A DNA stretch of 64,000 bases, from assembly GCA_036401015.1 (NCBI GenBank), contig DASWWD010000003.1, forward strand, positions 37,912 through 101,911, read 5' to 3'. This document shows, piece after piece, positions 7,778 through 15,825 of the stretch. Below the pieces are notes generated by a model, which ran no database searches, was not told where the DNA came from, and worked only from the letters and a program-made list of their open reading frames with translations. How positions within the stretch are numbered: the first letter of the stretch is position 1; the number at the start of each line of letters is the position of its first letter. This DNA comes from Lacunisphaera sp. (lineage in GTDB: Bacteria > Verrucomicrobiota > Verrucomicrobiia > Opitutales > Opitutaceae). The position numbers and the translations under genes are program-made.

Positions 7778-7941
7778 AGACATATCACTGCTATCGCTGC
7801 AGCCTACCGATTGTGATGCGCGCTTCGTATCGGCAGAAGGCAACCAAGCGCGTGGTCCATCGCATGGGTAAAAAGGCGTTCCCAATCCACGTTGGAGGCC
7901 ATTGCGGCCAGACTTATTGGCCTTCGATCCTCAAAAACTGA
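7774..7941 (+). CDS. 55-aa basic mini-protein with CxxC and HxxxHC (possible Zn-binding)
   Basis: Hand translation MKTYHCYRCSLPIVMRASYRQKATKRVVHRMGKKAFPIHVGGHCGQTYWPSILKN; ATGA overlap with GNAT stop; below the ORF-track cutoff. Confidence 0.5.
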   Translation: MKTYHCYRCSLPIVMRASYRQKATKRVVHRMGKKAFPIHVGGHCGQTYWPSILKN

Positions 7942-8090
7942 AGAAAGCCGGAACGGGTCAGATTTTAATTCTTTCGATTGCCCCGATTGGCCTCGGTGCG
8001 GGCGACACGCACTTCCCAGGCGGCATGCTCCGGCCAATAGGCGATGGCTACGCGGTGAAGAACCGGATTCCTGATCAAGGCAGTGGACCT

Positions 8091-8148
8091 ATTGTTCGTT
8101 GGTTCGGATAAGTGGACGATGACCATTGAAAAATCAGTGATGAACAAT
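8091..8148. repeat. ATTGTTC...GAACAAT palindromic element (copy 3, short)
   Basis: ATTGTTCGTTGGTTC ... CATTGAAAAATCAGTGATGAACAAT. Confidence 0.7.
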
Positions 8149-8173
8149 CGCGGCGCTGACCAATGTCCGCGCC

Positions 8174-8713
8174 CTACCCTCGCGTCTTCGCTTGAACCTG
8201 AATGCGATCCAGTGCCGTCTTGATCGCTTGCAGATAATTCGGGTGCCAGAGTTCGTGTTCGGCGTCTGGGACTACGGTGTAGGTGTGCTGGCGGTAGAAA
8301 TCGCGTAGGGCCGTGGCGCGGCGGTGCATCTGGGCGTCTTCCTCGCCGCCGACCAGGATGTCGGCGGGGGTGGCGGCGTTGCCAGCGCGGTAGGAGATCA
8401 TCCAGCGCTCGGGCTCGTCGTCATCCTCAAGGAAGAACGGCGAGACCGAGCCGAGGATCAGGTGCCGGGCCCGCAACGCACCGAGGTGCGAGTAAAGCGC
8501 ACCGAGCGAGAACCCCATCACGACCTTGCCCTCTGTCTGGGCGTCGACCTGGGGAAAAATCTCGGTCGATCCGAATGGCGGCACCCGGCCGCCGAAGTCC
8601 AGGCGGACGAACTCCGTCTCCCACCCCGCGGTATGCACGAAATCGACAAACGGCTTGAAGCGACGCTCAGCGCCAGGCATCGGCGGGACAATCGTCAGGA
8701 GAGGCATGGGCAT
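8174..8713 (-). CDS. Alpha/beta-hydrolase-fold protein
   Basis: MGFSLGA (GxSxG), ILVGGEED, AEHEL. Confidence 0.7.
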   Translation of the reverse strand: MPMPLLTIVPPMPGAERRFKPFVDFVHTAGWETEFVRLDFGGRVPPFGSTEIFPQVDAQTEGKVVMGFSLGALYSHLGALRARHLILGSVSPFFLEDDDEPERWMISYRAGNAATPADILVGGEEDAQMHRRATALRDFYRQHTYTVVPDAEHELWHPNYLQAIKTALDRIQVQAKTRG

Positions 8714-8718
8714 GGAGA

Positions 8719-8829
8719 AGCTGTAAGCGATCAGCGGTCAGCTGTCAGCTCTCCAGACACACAGTTAAGCTGAGAGCGACTTATTGCTCCTCTTGCTGAC
8801 AGCTGAACGCTGAATGCTGACGGCTTTAA
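8719..8829. repeat. Heptamer-periodic palindrome (AGCnnTC arm / GCTGAnn arm)
   Basis: AGCTGTA AGCGATC AGCGGTC AGCTGTC AGCTCTC ... GCTGACA GCTGAAC GCTGAAT GCTGACG. Confidence 0.85.
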
Positions 8830-10310
8830 ACCAGCTTGAGCTGTTTTCGGGCGGCGAGGGCCAGGTCGTTGAATTTCACGGCCAGCTCGGGCTTCCGGTA
8901 ATCGGTGCCATACGTGGGCACGATCTCGGCCATGCGGGGGCTGGTCATCAAATGCGGGAAGCTCTTGTTGATCACTTCGAGCACGATGTTGACGCAGACC
9001 GAGGCCCCGGGGCTCGCACCGAGGAGGGCGGACATGCTCTTGTCGGCGCTGGTGAGGACCTCCGTGCCGAAATGCACGATGCCGGCCTCGCCGTCGGTCT
9101 TCTTGATCGCCTGCACCCGGATGCCGCCGTCGACCAGCTTCCAGTCCTCGGCCTTCGCGTTGGGATAGAAAATGTGCATCACCCGCATGCGGTCGGCCAT
9201 GCTTTGCGTGCCCTGCTGCAGCAGATACCTCACCAGCGGGAAGTTGGTGGCGGCGATCTTGAGCAGCGTCATCACGTTGTGCGGCTTCACCGTCGCGGGG
9301 AGATCGGTCCAGCTGCCGGTGCGGTGCAGGAAACGGGTCGTCCACGCGGCAAAGGGCCCGAAGAGGAGTGTCTTCTTGCCGTCGAGGATGCGGGTGTCGA
9401 GGTGCGGCACGGCCATGGTGGGCGCCTCGGGCAGGTTCTGCCCGTAGACCTTGGCTTGGTGGCGGGCGACGATCTCGGGCTTGTCGCACACGAGCCAGTG
9501 GCCGCCGATGGGGAAACCGCCGAGGCCCTTCGCCTCGGGCAGGCCGGCCATCTGCAGGAGCGGCAGGCTGCCGCCGCCGGCGCCGACGAAGACGAACTTC
9601 GCGTTCACCGTGCGCTCCACGCCGGTCTTGAGTTCGCGGGCGGTGACGGACCAGCCCGCCCCGCTCTTCTGCAAGCCGACGACCTTGTTGCCGGCGGCCA
9701 CGGCGCAGCCTTCCTGGTTGGCGAGCCAGGTGAGGAGCTTGCGACAGAGGGCGCCGAAATTGATGTCGGTGCCGCCGTCCATCTTGGTCGCGGCGATGAG
9801 CTGCTTGGGGTCGCGGCCCTCGGTGAGCAGCGGGGCCCAGGCGCCGACCTTGGCGTGGTCGGTGGTGAACTCCATCGAGCTGAAGAAGTGGTGCGCCTTC
9901 ATGCCGTCGTAGCGCGACTTGAGGAACTTCACCTGGTCCTCGCCGTCGACGAAGCTGATGTGCTGGACCGGATTGATGAACTCCTTCGGGTTGTCGATCA
10001 TGCCGGTCGCGACGGCGTGGGCCCAGAACTGGAGCGTCTGCTCGAACTCCTGGAAGATATCGATGACCTTCTGGACCTTCACCGGGCTGCCGTCGGCGGG
10101 CTTCGGCGTGTAGCTGACCTCGCAGATGCCCGCGTGGCCGGTGCCGGCGTTGTTCCAGCCGTTGGAGCTCTCAAAGGCCAGCTCCTCGGCCGCCTCATAC
10201 ACCTGGATGCGCAGCTTCGGGTCGAGGCGCTTCAGGATGGCACCCAGGTTGGCGGACATGACGCCGCTGCCGATGAGGACAACGTCGGGATTTTCGATGT
10301 GGGTGGTCAT
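8826..10310 (-). CDS. mqo: Malate:quinone oxidoreductase
   Basis: DVVLIGSGVMSA FAD motif, ESSNGWNNAGTGHA, APTMAVPHLDTR, LLGASPGAS. Confidence 0.95.
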   Translation of the reverse strand: MTTHIENPDVVLIGSGVMSANLGAILKRLDPKLRIQVYEAAEELAFESSNGWNNAGTGHAGICEVSYTPKPADGSPVKVQKVIDIFQEFEQTLQFWAHAVATGMIDNPKEFINPVQHISFVDGEDQVKFLKSRYDGMKAHHFFSSMEFTTDHAKVGAWAPLLTEGRDPKQLIAATKMDGGTDINFGALCRKLLTWLANQEGCAVAAGNKVVGLQKSGAGWSVTARELKTGVERTVNAKFVFVGAGGGSLPLLQMAGLPEAKGLGGFPIGGHWLVCDKPEIVARHQAKVYGQNLPEAPTMAVPHLDTRILDGKKTLLFGPFAAWTTRFLHRTGSWTDLPATVKPHNVMTLLKIAATNFPLVRYLLQQGTQSMADRMRVMHIFYPNAKAEDWKLVDGGIRVQAIKKTDGEAGIVHFGTEVLTSADKSMSALLGASPGASVCVNIVLEVINKSFPHLMTSPRMAEIVPTYGTDYRKPELAVKFNDLALAARKQLKLV

Positions 10311-10326
10311 GGGAGGAGGAGCAGGG

Positions 10327-10438
10327 AGCTGTAAGCTGTAAGCTTTAGGCTTTAAGCCCTGGACTAAGGCAGTGGGTGGCTGGAATTGGTTGGGTGGTTC
10401 GGAGCTTAAAGCCTATCGCTTATAGCTTAGTGCTCTGG
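10327..10438. repeat. Heptamer-periodic palindrome (AGCTnTA family)
   Basis: AGCTGTA AGCTGTA AGCTTTA GGCTTTA ... GCTTAAA GCCTATC GCTTATA GCTTAGT. Confidence 0.85.
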
Positions 10439-10518
10439 CTGACGAATGGTAGCGAATGGCGGCGGGGGCGGCTGCGCATTATGTGGTTTTTAGTGGCTGT
10501 AATTTCCCGGGCAGGAGC

Positions 10519-10607
10519 AGCGGTAAGCAGTAAGCCATAAGGTGGTGGGCGACTGGAATTGGTTCGGTGGTTCGAAGCTTACTGCCTATCGCTTATAGCC
10601 TAAAGCT
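10519..10607. repeat. Heptamer-periodic palindrome, near-duplicate of the 10327-10438 element
   Basis: AGCGGTA AGCAGTA AGCCATA ... CTGGAATTGGTTCGGTGGTTCGAA GCTTACT GCCTATC GCTTATA GCCTAAA. Confidence 0.8.
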
Positions 10608-10611
10608 GCCG

Positions 10612-11871
10612 TCAGGTGCGTTTCGACTGCACCTGACGCTCGTAGCGGGCGACGTCCTTGAGCCACTGGGCGCCCGGGGGGACGCCGTCGCGTTCGCAGA
10701 GTTCGTCCCACACGGCGCCCCAGGGCAGCGCGCGGGCGTTTTCCATCAGCGCGAGGCGCTCGTGACCCTTGCCGGCATTCTCGGCGGCCTTCATCCCGGC
10801 AGACGGGTCGAGCAGGCCGCAGAGGATGGCCTGGCGGGTGGCGCGGGCGCCGATGACGTAGGCGGCGACGCGGTTGATCGAGGCGTCGAAGAAATCCAGG
10901 GCCACGAACATGCGGTCCCACGCGTCGCCGCGGGCGATCTCGAGGAAGAGGTTGCGCACGGCGTCGTCGAAGATGACGACGTGGTCGCTGTCCCAGCGGA
11001 TCGGGCGGCTGGTGTGGAGCAGCAGCTTCTTGTGGAACGCGAGGTGGGCGGAGACCTTGTCGGCGACCGATTCCGTCGGGTGGTAGTGGCCGAGGTCGAG
11101 GCAGAGCACGAGGTCGCGGCTGAGGGCGTAGTTGGAATAGAACTCCTGCGAGCCGACGACGTATTCCTCGGAGCCGATGCCGAAGAGCTTTCCCTCGACG
11201 GCGTCGACGCAGAGCTTCCGGTTCACGGACTTGTCGGCGAAGATGGCGTCGTAGGACGCGGCGAGGCGTTCGCGCGGGGCCCAGCGGTCGGCCGGGGCGT
11301 CCTTGGCGCCGTCCGGCACCCAGTGGTTGTTCACGCAGGGCGTGCCGAGGGTCTTGGCGAAGCTCTCCGCGATGTGGCGGCTGGCCTTGGCGTGGCGGAT
11401 CCAGAACTTGCGGACGGCCGGGTCGGCGTCGGAGAGGGTGAAGCCCGAGTTGGCCATCTCGTGGGCGAAATAGGTCGGGTTGAAATCGAGGCCGACGCGG
11501 CGGGACTTGGCCCAGCCCAGCCAGCGCGCGAAGTGCTCGGGCTGCAGCTCGTCGCGGTCGACGACCTTGCTGCCGGTCTCGGCGTAGAAGGCGTGGAGGT
11601 TGAGGCGCTGCTTGCCGGGGAGGAGCTTCAGCGCGAGATCGAGGTCGGCGCGCATCTCGTCGCCGTTGCGGGCGCGGCCCGGGTAACCGCCGGTGGCGAG
11701 GGTGCCGCTGCCGGTGAGGCCGGCCTTCGGCGTCTCGAGGCCGCGGACGTCGTCGGCCTGCCAGCAGTGGAGGGAGATCGGAATGCGCAGCGCGGCGCGG
11801 ATGGCGGCTTCGGTATCAACGCCATGGGCGGCGTAGGCGGCACGGGCGAGTTTGTAGGCGGGGGAGCTCAT
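10612..11871 (-). CDS. rhaA: L-rhamnose isomerase
   Basis: ISLHCWQADDV, YPGRARN, LDFNPTYF, KLFGIG.E.YVVGS, RPIRWDSDHVV, LDFFDASINR. Confidence 0.95.
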   Translation of the reverse strand: MSSPAYKLARAAYAAHGVDTEAAIRAALRIPISLHCWQADDVRGLETPKAGLTGSGTLATGGYPGRARNGDEMRADLDLALKLLPGKQRLNLHAFYAETGSKVVDRDELQPEHFARWLGWAKSRRVGLDFNPTYFAHEMANSGFTLSDADPAVRKFWIRHAKASRHIAESFAKTLGTPCVNNHWVPDGAKDAPADRWAPRERLAASYDAIFADKSVNRKLCVDAVEGKLFGIGSEEYVVGSQEFYSNYALSRDLVLCLDLGHYHPTESVADKVSAHLAFHKKLLLHTSRPIRWDSDHVVIFDDAVRNLFLEIARGDAWDRMFVALDFFDASINRVAAYVIGARATRQAILCGLLDPSAGMKAAENAGKGHERLALMENARALPWGAVWDELCERDGVPPGAQWLKDVARYERQVQSKRT

Positions 11872-11886
11872 GGAATCAGGAGGGGT

Positions 11887-12004
11887 GAATTAAGAATTAA
11901 GAACTAACCAAGAATTTTCACCACAGAGGCACCAAGTCACAAAGGAGAGAAACATTCATGAACCATGAGTTGTCTTTCTCTGTGTCTCTGTGCCTTCGTG
12001 GTTA
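11887..12004. repeat. GAATTAA heptamers plus an 8-nt periodic hairpin (CACAGAGG/CACAGAGA) whose end contains the rhaB stop codon
   Basis: GAATTAA GAATTAA GAACTAA; TTTCAC CACAGAGG CACCAAGT CACAAAGG ... TCTCTGTG TCTCTGTG CCTTCGTG GTTAA. Confidence 0.75.
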
Positions 12005-13432
12005 ACGATTCGGTCGATAGATTGTCGGTTTGAGTTGTTTGGAAAAATACTCGCGGAAGGTCTTCAGGTTCTTCACGGCGCGGAGGCCGATGAGCTGGCT
12101 GGCGATGTTGCCGACCGCGGTGCCCTCGAGGGTGAAGGCGTGGACGGGCAGACCGCTGGCGTCGGCCGTGGCCTGGCAGAGGAGGCGGTTCTTGGAGCCG
12201 CCGCCAACAATGAGGATGCGCGAGAACTTGCGGCCGGCGAGCTTCTCGAAGTTGCGGATGGCGTCGGCGTGCCCCTGCCCCAGCGAGTCGCAGATCAGGC
12301 GGACATAGCCCGCGAGGTTCTTCGGCAGCGGGAGCTTCCGCTTCTTCAGCTGCGCGTCGATGGCGGCCTTCATGGACGCGGGGTTCACGAAGGCGGGGTC
12401 GGTGCAATCCAGCTTAAAGCTTAAAGCTGTAAGCTTAGAGCTGGCAGCGATGAGCTGCCCCCACTCCTTGTCGTTCTTGGGGCGGGCGGCGAATTCCTTC
12501 AGCGTGCCCTCGAGCAGCCAGAGGCCGATGACGTTGGTCAGCGGGCGGTAGCGGCCGTCGCCGATGCGCTCGTTGGAGATGCGGGCGGCCAGGGCGCCAG
12601 CGCCGAGGACCGGCGTGTCGCTCTCGAAGCCGACCAGCGACCAGGTGCCGGAGCTGATGTAGAGGTCGCCGCCGGCCGGGTTGGCGGGCATGGCGTCGTA
12701 GGCCGCGGCGGTGTCGTGACCGGGGACGGCGACAACCTTCACGCCCTTCAACTCGGGCAGGCCGGTGACGGGGCCGAGCACGGTGTTGGCGAGGATCGGC
12801 GTCGAGAACCAGTTGGCCGGGATGTGGAAATGGTCGAGCGTGGCGCGCGACCAGTCCTTGCCGTGGACGTCCAGCAGCTGCGTCGTGCTGGCGAAGGAGA
12901 TCTCGTTCTCCATGCGGCCCGAGAGCAGGTAGTTGAAGTAATCCGGCAGGAAGAGGCAGCGCGTGGCGATGTCGGTCACGGCCGGGCAGCTCGCGACCGT
13001 CTCGGCGAGTTGGAGGCTGGAGTTGTAGAAGACGTTCGGGATGCCGGTGGCCGCGTAGATGCGCTCGAGCGCGGCGCGGGTGTTGGCCAGCTTCCGGAGG
13101 CCGGGCTGTGTGCGGGCGTCGCGGTAGGCGTGGGTCGGGAAGACCATGCGGCCCGCGTCATTGACCAGCACGTGGTCCACGCCCCAGGTGTCCACGCCCA
13201 CGGAGACGAGCGCCGGGAAGCGGCGTTTCGCCTCGCGCAGGCCGGTGGTGATCTCGGACCAGAGGCCCGGAATGTCCCAGTAGTCGTGGCCGCCGGCGGA
13301 CTTGAAGGCGTTGGGGAAGCGGTGGACCTCCGTCAGCGTGAGCTTGTTCTTCGCCCACGTGCCGACGATGACGCGGCCGCTGGTCGCGCCGAGGTCGACG
13401 GCCGCACAATGGATGGTTTTCAGGGAAGACAT
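12002..13432 (-). CDS. rhaB: Rhamnulokinase (FGGY family)
   Basis: AVDLGATSGRV, SVGVDTWGVD, HDTAAA, YISSGTWSLVG, IVGGGSKN; context. Confidence 0.93.
   Translation of the reverse strand: MSSLKTIHCAAVDLGATSGRVIVGTWAKNKLTLTEVHRFPNAFKSAGGHDYWDIPGLWSEITTGLREAKRRFPALVSVGVDTWGVDHVLVNDAGRMVFPTHAYRDARTQPGLRKLANTRAALERIYAATGIPNVFYNSSLQLAETVASCPAVTDIATRCLFLPDYFNYLLSGRMENEISFASTTQLLDVHGKDWSRATLDHFHIPANWFSTPILANTVLGPVTGLPELKGVKVVAVPGHDTAAAYDAMPANPAGGDLYISSGTWSLVGFESDTPVLGAGALAARISNERIGDGRYRPLTNVIGLWLLEGTLKEFAARPKNDKEWGQLIAASSKLTALSFKLDCTDPAFVNPASMKAAIDAQLKKRKLPLPKNLAGYVRLICDSLGQGHADAIRNFEKLAGRKFSRILIVGGGSKNRLLCQATADASGLPVHAFTLEGTAVGNIASQLIGLRAVKNLKTFREYFSKQLKPTIYRPNR
12411..12445. repeat. Heptamer run inside the rhaB coding sequence
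   Basis: AGCTTAA AGCTTAA AGCTGTA AGCTTAG AGCTGGC, AT-rich against the surrounding codons; encodes ASSKLTALSFKL. Confidence 0.75.
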
Positions 13433-13439
13433 TTGAAGA

Positions 13440-13538
13440 AGCGGTCAGCTCTCAGCGATCAGCTATCAGCAAGGGAGACTTTTCGGAATCTTGAATTGCT
13501 CTGGCTGAACGCTGACGGCTGATGGCTGACAGCTGGTT
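13440..13538. repeat. Heptamer-periodic palindrome (same family as 8719-8829)
   Basis: AGCGGTC AGCTCTC AGCGATC AGCTATC ... GCTGAAC GCTGACG GCTGATG GCTGACA. Confidence 0.85.
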
Positions 13539-15727
13539 TACCGCAGGAAGGCCTCGTGGAGGCCGCCGTCGACGGTGACGATCTGGCCGGTGGTCTTGCT
13601 GAGGCGCGAGCTCACGAGCAGGAAGTAGGCCTCGGCCTGGTCGGCCGGGGTGATCGGGGCCTTGGTCAGCGTGCGGTCGGCGTAGAACTGCGCCAGCTTG
13701 TTGACCAGCGACTCCGTCGCCTCGTCGTCCTTGTAGGGGATGTTGTATTTGGCGAGCGAGCCGATGACGCGGTCGCGCGGGAACATCGCGCTCCCCTGCA
13801 CCACCGTGGCCGGGGCCACGCCGTTGACGCGGACCAGCGGGGACAGCTCGATGGCCAGCTCGCGCACGAGGTGGTTGGCGGCGGCCTTGGAGGTGTCGTA
13901 GGCGACGGAGCCCTTCTTCGCGACGGCGGCGTTGGCCGAAGTCGTGAGGACGAGGTTGCCGCGCAGGCCCTGTTCCTTCCAGGTCTTGAACGCCTCGTCG
14001 CCGACGATGTAGCTGCCGGTGACGTTGACGCCGAAGGTGAAGGCCCACTTGTCGTCGGGGATGTGGCCGGTGGTGTCGCTCGGCCAGAAGACGCCGGCGG
14101 TGACGCAGATGGAGTCGAAGCCGCCGTAGGCCAGCGCGACCTGGTCGAGCATGGCGCGGACGCTGGCGCGGTCGGTGATGTTGCAGGCGAGGCCGACGGC
14201 CGGGCCGCAGCTGGAGATGCCGGTGCCGGCGACGCCGATGCCCTGGCCGAGCTTGGCGGTGATCTCGTTGGCGGTGGCCTGGGCGGTCTCGAGCTTCATG
14301 TCGACCGAGACGATGTGCGCACCGTCCTTGACGAGGCGGTGGGCGGTCTCCTTGCCGATGCCGGAGCCGGCGCCGACGACGATGATGACCTGGCGGGCGA
14401 GTTCCTTCTCGGCCGGCATGCGCTTGAGCTTGGCCTCCTCGAGGAGCCAATACTCGATGTCAAAGGCCTCCTGCTGCGGCAGGGCGATGTATTTGTCGAT
14501 CGCCTCGGCGCCGCGCATGACCTCGACGGCGCAGTTGTAGAACTCGGCGGTGACGCGGGACTCGGACTTGTCCTTGCCCCAGGCGACCATGCCGACGCCC
14601 GGGATGAGGACGACGGTCGGGTTCGGGTCGCGCATGGCCGGCGAGTTGGCGTGTTTGCACTTCGCGTAGTAGGCCGCGTAGTCCTTGCGGTAGGCCTCGA
14701 GGCCGGCGGCGAGCTTCTTCTTCAGCGCGGCGGTGTCCTCGGCCTGCGGGTTCCAGTCGACGTAGAGCGGCTTGATCTTGGTGCGGAGGAAGTGGTCGGG
14801 GCAGCTCGTGCCGAGCTCGGCGAGGCGGGCGGCGTCCTTCGAGTTGACGAAGCGCAGGATCTTCTCGTCGTCCTGCACGGTGCCGATGAAACGCTTCTGC
14901 TGGGAGACCTGGCCGCGGAGCCAGGGCAAAATGGCGGCGAAGACCTCGTGGCGCTTCGCAGCGTCGAGGGTCTGGTATTTCGCGCCGCCGAAGGCCGTGG
15001 CGTCGCCGCCCTTGGCCTGGTATTTCGCCTCGATGTAGGCCGCGGCCTTCTCGATGCAGTCGAGCGTCCACGTGTAGCACTTCTTCTCGTCGTCGTCCCA
15101 CGAGATGAAGCCGTGCTGGCCCATCATGATGGCCTTCATCTTCGGGTTCTTCCTCGCAATTTCCTGCATGGCGAGGCCGAGCTCGAAGCCCGGGCGCATC
15201 CACGGCACGTAGGCCATCGCGCCGCCGAAGATCTCCTGGGTCAGCTTCTCGCAGTTCTGCGAGGCCGCGATGGCGATGATCGCGTTCGGGTGCATGTGGT
15301 CGACGTGCTTGCCCGGCAGGAAGGAGTGCAGCGGGGTGTCGATCGAGGACGGGCGCGGGTTCAGGTTGAAGGTGGTGTGGTTATACATGCCCACCATGTC
15401 GTCCTCGGCCGGGGCCTTGAGGCCCTTGTCGGTGCGGGCGGCGTAGAGCTTCTGGAGGTCGAGCAGCTTCTGCTGGTAGAGGGACGAGAAATTCTCGCGG
15501 GTGCTGGTGCGGAGGTCGCCGCCGGAGCCCTTGACCCAGAGCACCTCGGTCGGCTGGCCGGTGAGCGGATCCTTCTCGGTGATCTTCGACGACGTGTTGC
15601 CGCCGCCGGTGTTGGTGATGCGCTGGTCGCTGCCGAGCAGGTTCGAGCGGTAGATGAGACGACCGACGGGGTCGAGGGACGCGGCCTTGGCATCGTCCCA
15701 GGCGAAGTTGACGTATTTGTAGCTCAT
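13538..15727 (-). CDS. rhaD: Bifunctional rhamnulose-1-phosphate aldolase / short-chain dehydrogenase (RhaEW/YuxG-type)
   Basis: YRSNLLGSD.RITNTGGGNTSSK, SIDTPLH, HVDHMHP; SDR half VVGAGSGIG, AYDTSKAA, VNGVAP. Confidence 0.93.
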   Translation of the reverse strand: MSYKYVNFAWDDAKAASLDPVGRLIYRSNLLGSDQRITNTGGGNTSSKITEKDPLTGQPTEVLWVKGSGGDLRTSTRENFSSLYQQKLLDLQKLYAARTDKGLKAPAEDDMVGMYNHTTFNLNPRPSSIDTPLHSFLPGKHVDHMHPNAIIAIAASQNCEKLTQEIFGGAMAYVPWMRPGFELGLAMQEIARKNPKMKAIMMGQHGFISWDDDEKKCYTWTLDCIEKAAAYIEAKYQAKGGDATAFGGAKYQTLDAAKRHEVFAAILPWLRGQVSQQKRFIGTVQDDEKILRFVNSKDAARLAELGTSCPDHFLRTKIKPLYVDWNPQAEDTAALKKKLAAGLEAYRKDYAAYYAKCKHANSPAMRDPNPTVVLIPGVGMVAWGKDKSESRVTAEFYNCAVEVMRGAEAIDKYIALPQQEAFDIEYWLLEEAKLKRMPAEKELARQVIIVVGAGSGIGKETAHRLVKDGAHIVSVDMKLETAQATANEITAKLGQGIGVAGTGISSCGPAVGLACNITDRASVRAMLDQVALAYGGFDSICVTAGVFWPSDTTGHIPDDKWAFTFGVNVTGSYIVGDEAFKTWKEQGLRGNLVLTTSANAAVAKKGSVAYDTSKAAANHLVRELAIELSPLVRVNGVAPATVVQGSAMFPRDRVIGSLAKYNIPYKDDEATESLVNKLAQFYADRTLTKAPITPADQAEAYFLLVSSRLSKTTGQIVTVDGGLHEAFLR

Positions 15728-15732
15728 AGTGG

Positions 15733-15819
15733 TAAGGTTTAAGTTTTAAGGTTTAAGGGAGGTGGAGTGAAAGCGGAGAGATGGTTTGGAGGCTTAAACC
15801 TTACAGCTTAAACCTTACA
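15733..15819. repeat. Heptamer-periodic palindrome (TAAGGTT family)
   Basis: TAAGGTT TAAGTTT TAAGGTT ... GCTTAAA CCTTACA GCTTAAA CCTTACA. Confidence 0.8.
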
Positions 15820-15825
15820 ACGGCG

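Larger units (their letters stand above)
3256..8090. mobile_element. Lower-GC accessory island (putative defence/stress island); no integrase or transposase seen
   Basis: Clear drop in GC and loss of GC3 bias by eye relative to flanks (not computed); bracketed by palindrome copies 2 and 3; defence-type gene content. Confidence 0.55.

Noticed and set aside
7942-8090. Possible RAYT/transposase 3' remnant (GGGTCAGATTTT segment; 60-aa minus-strand ORF at 7965-8147)
   Set aside because: No HUH/Y1 or DDE motif recognisable; too short to support.
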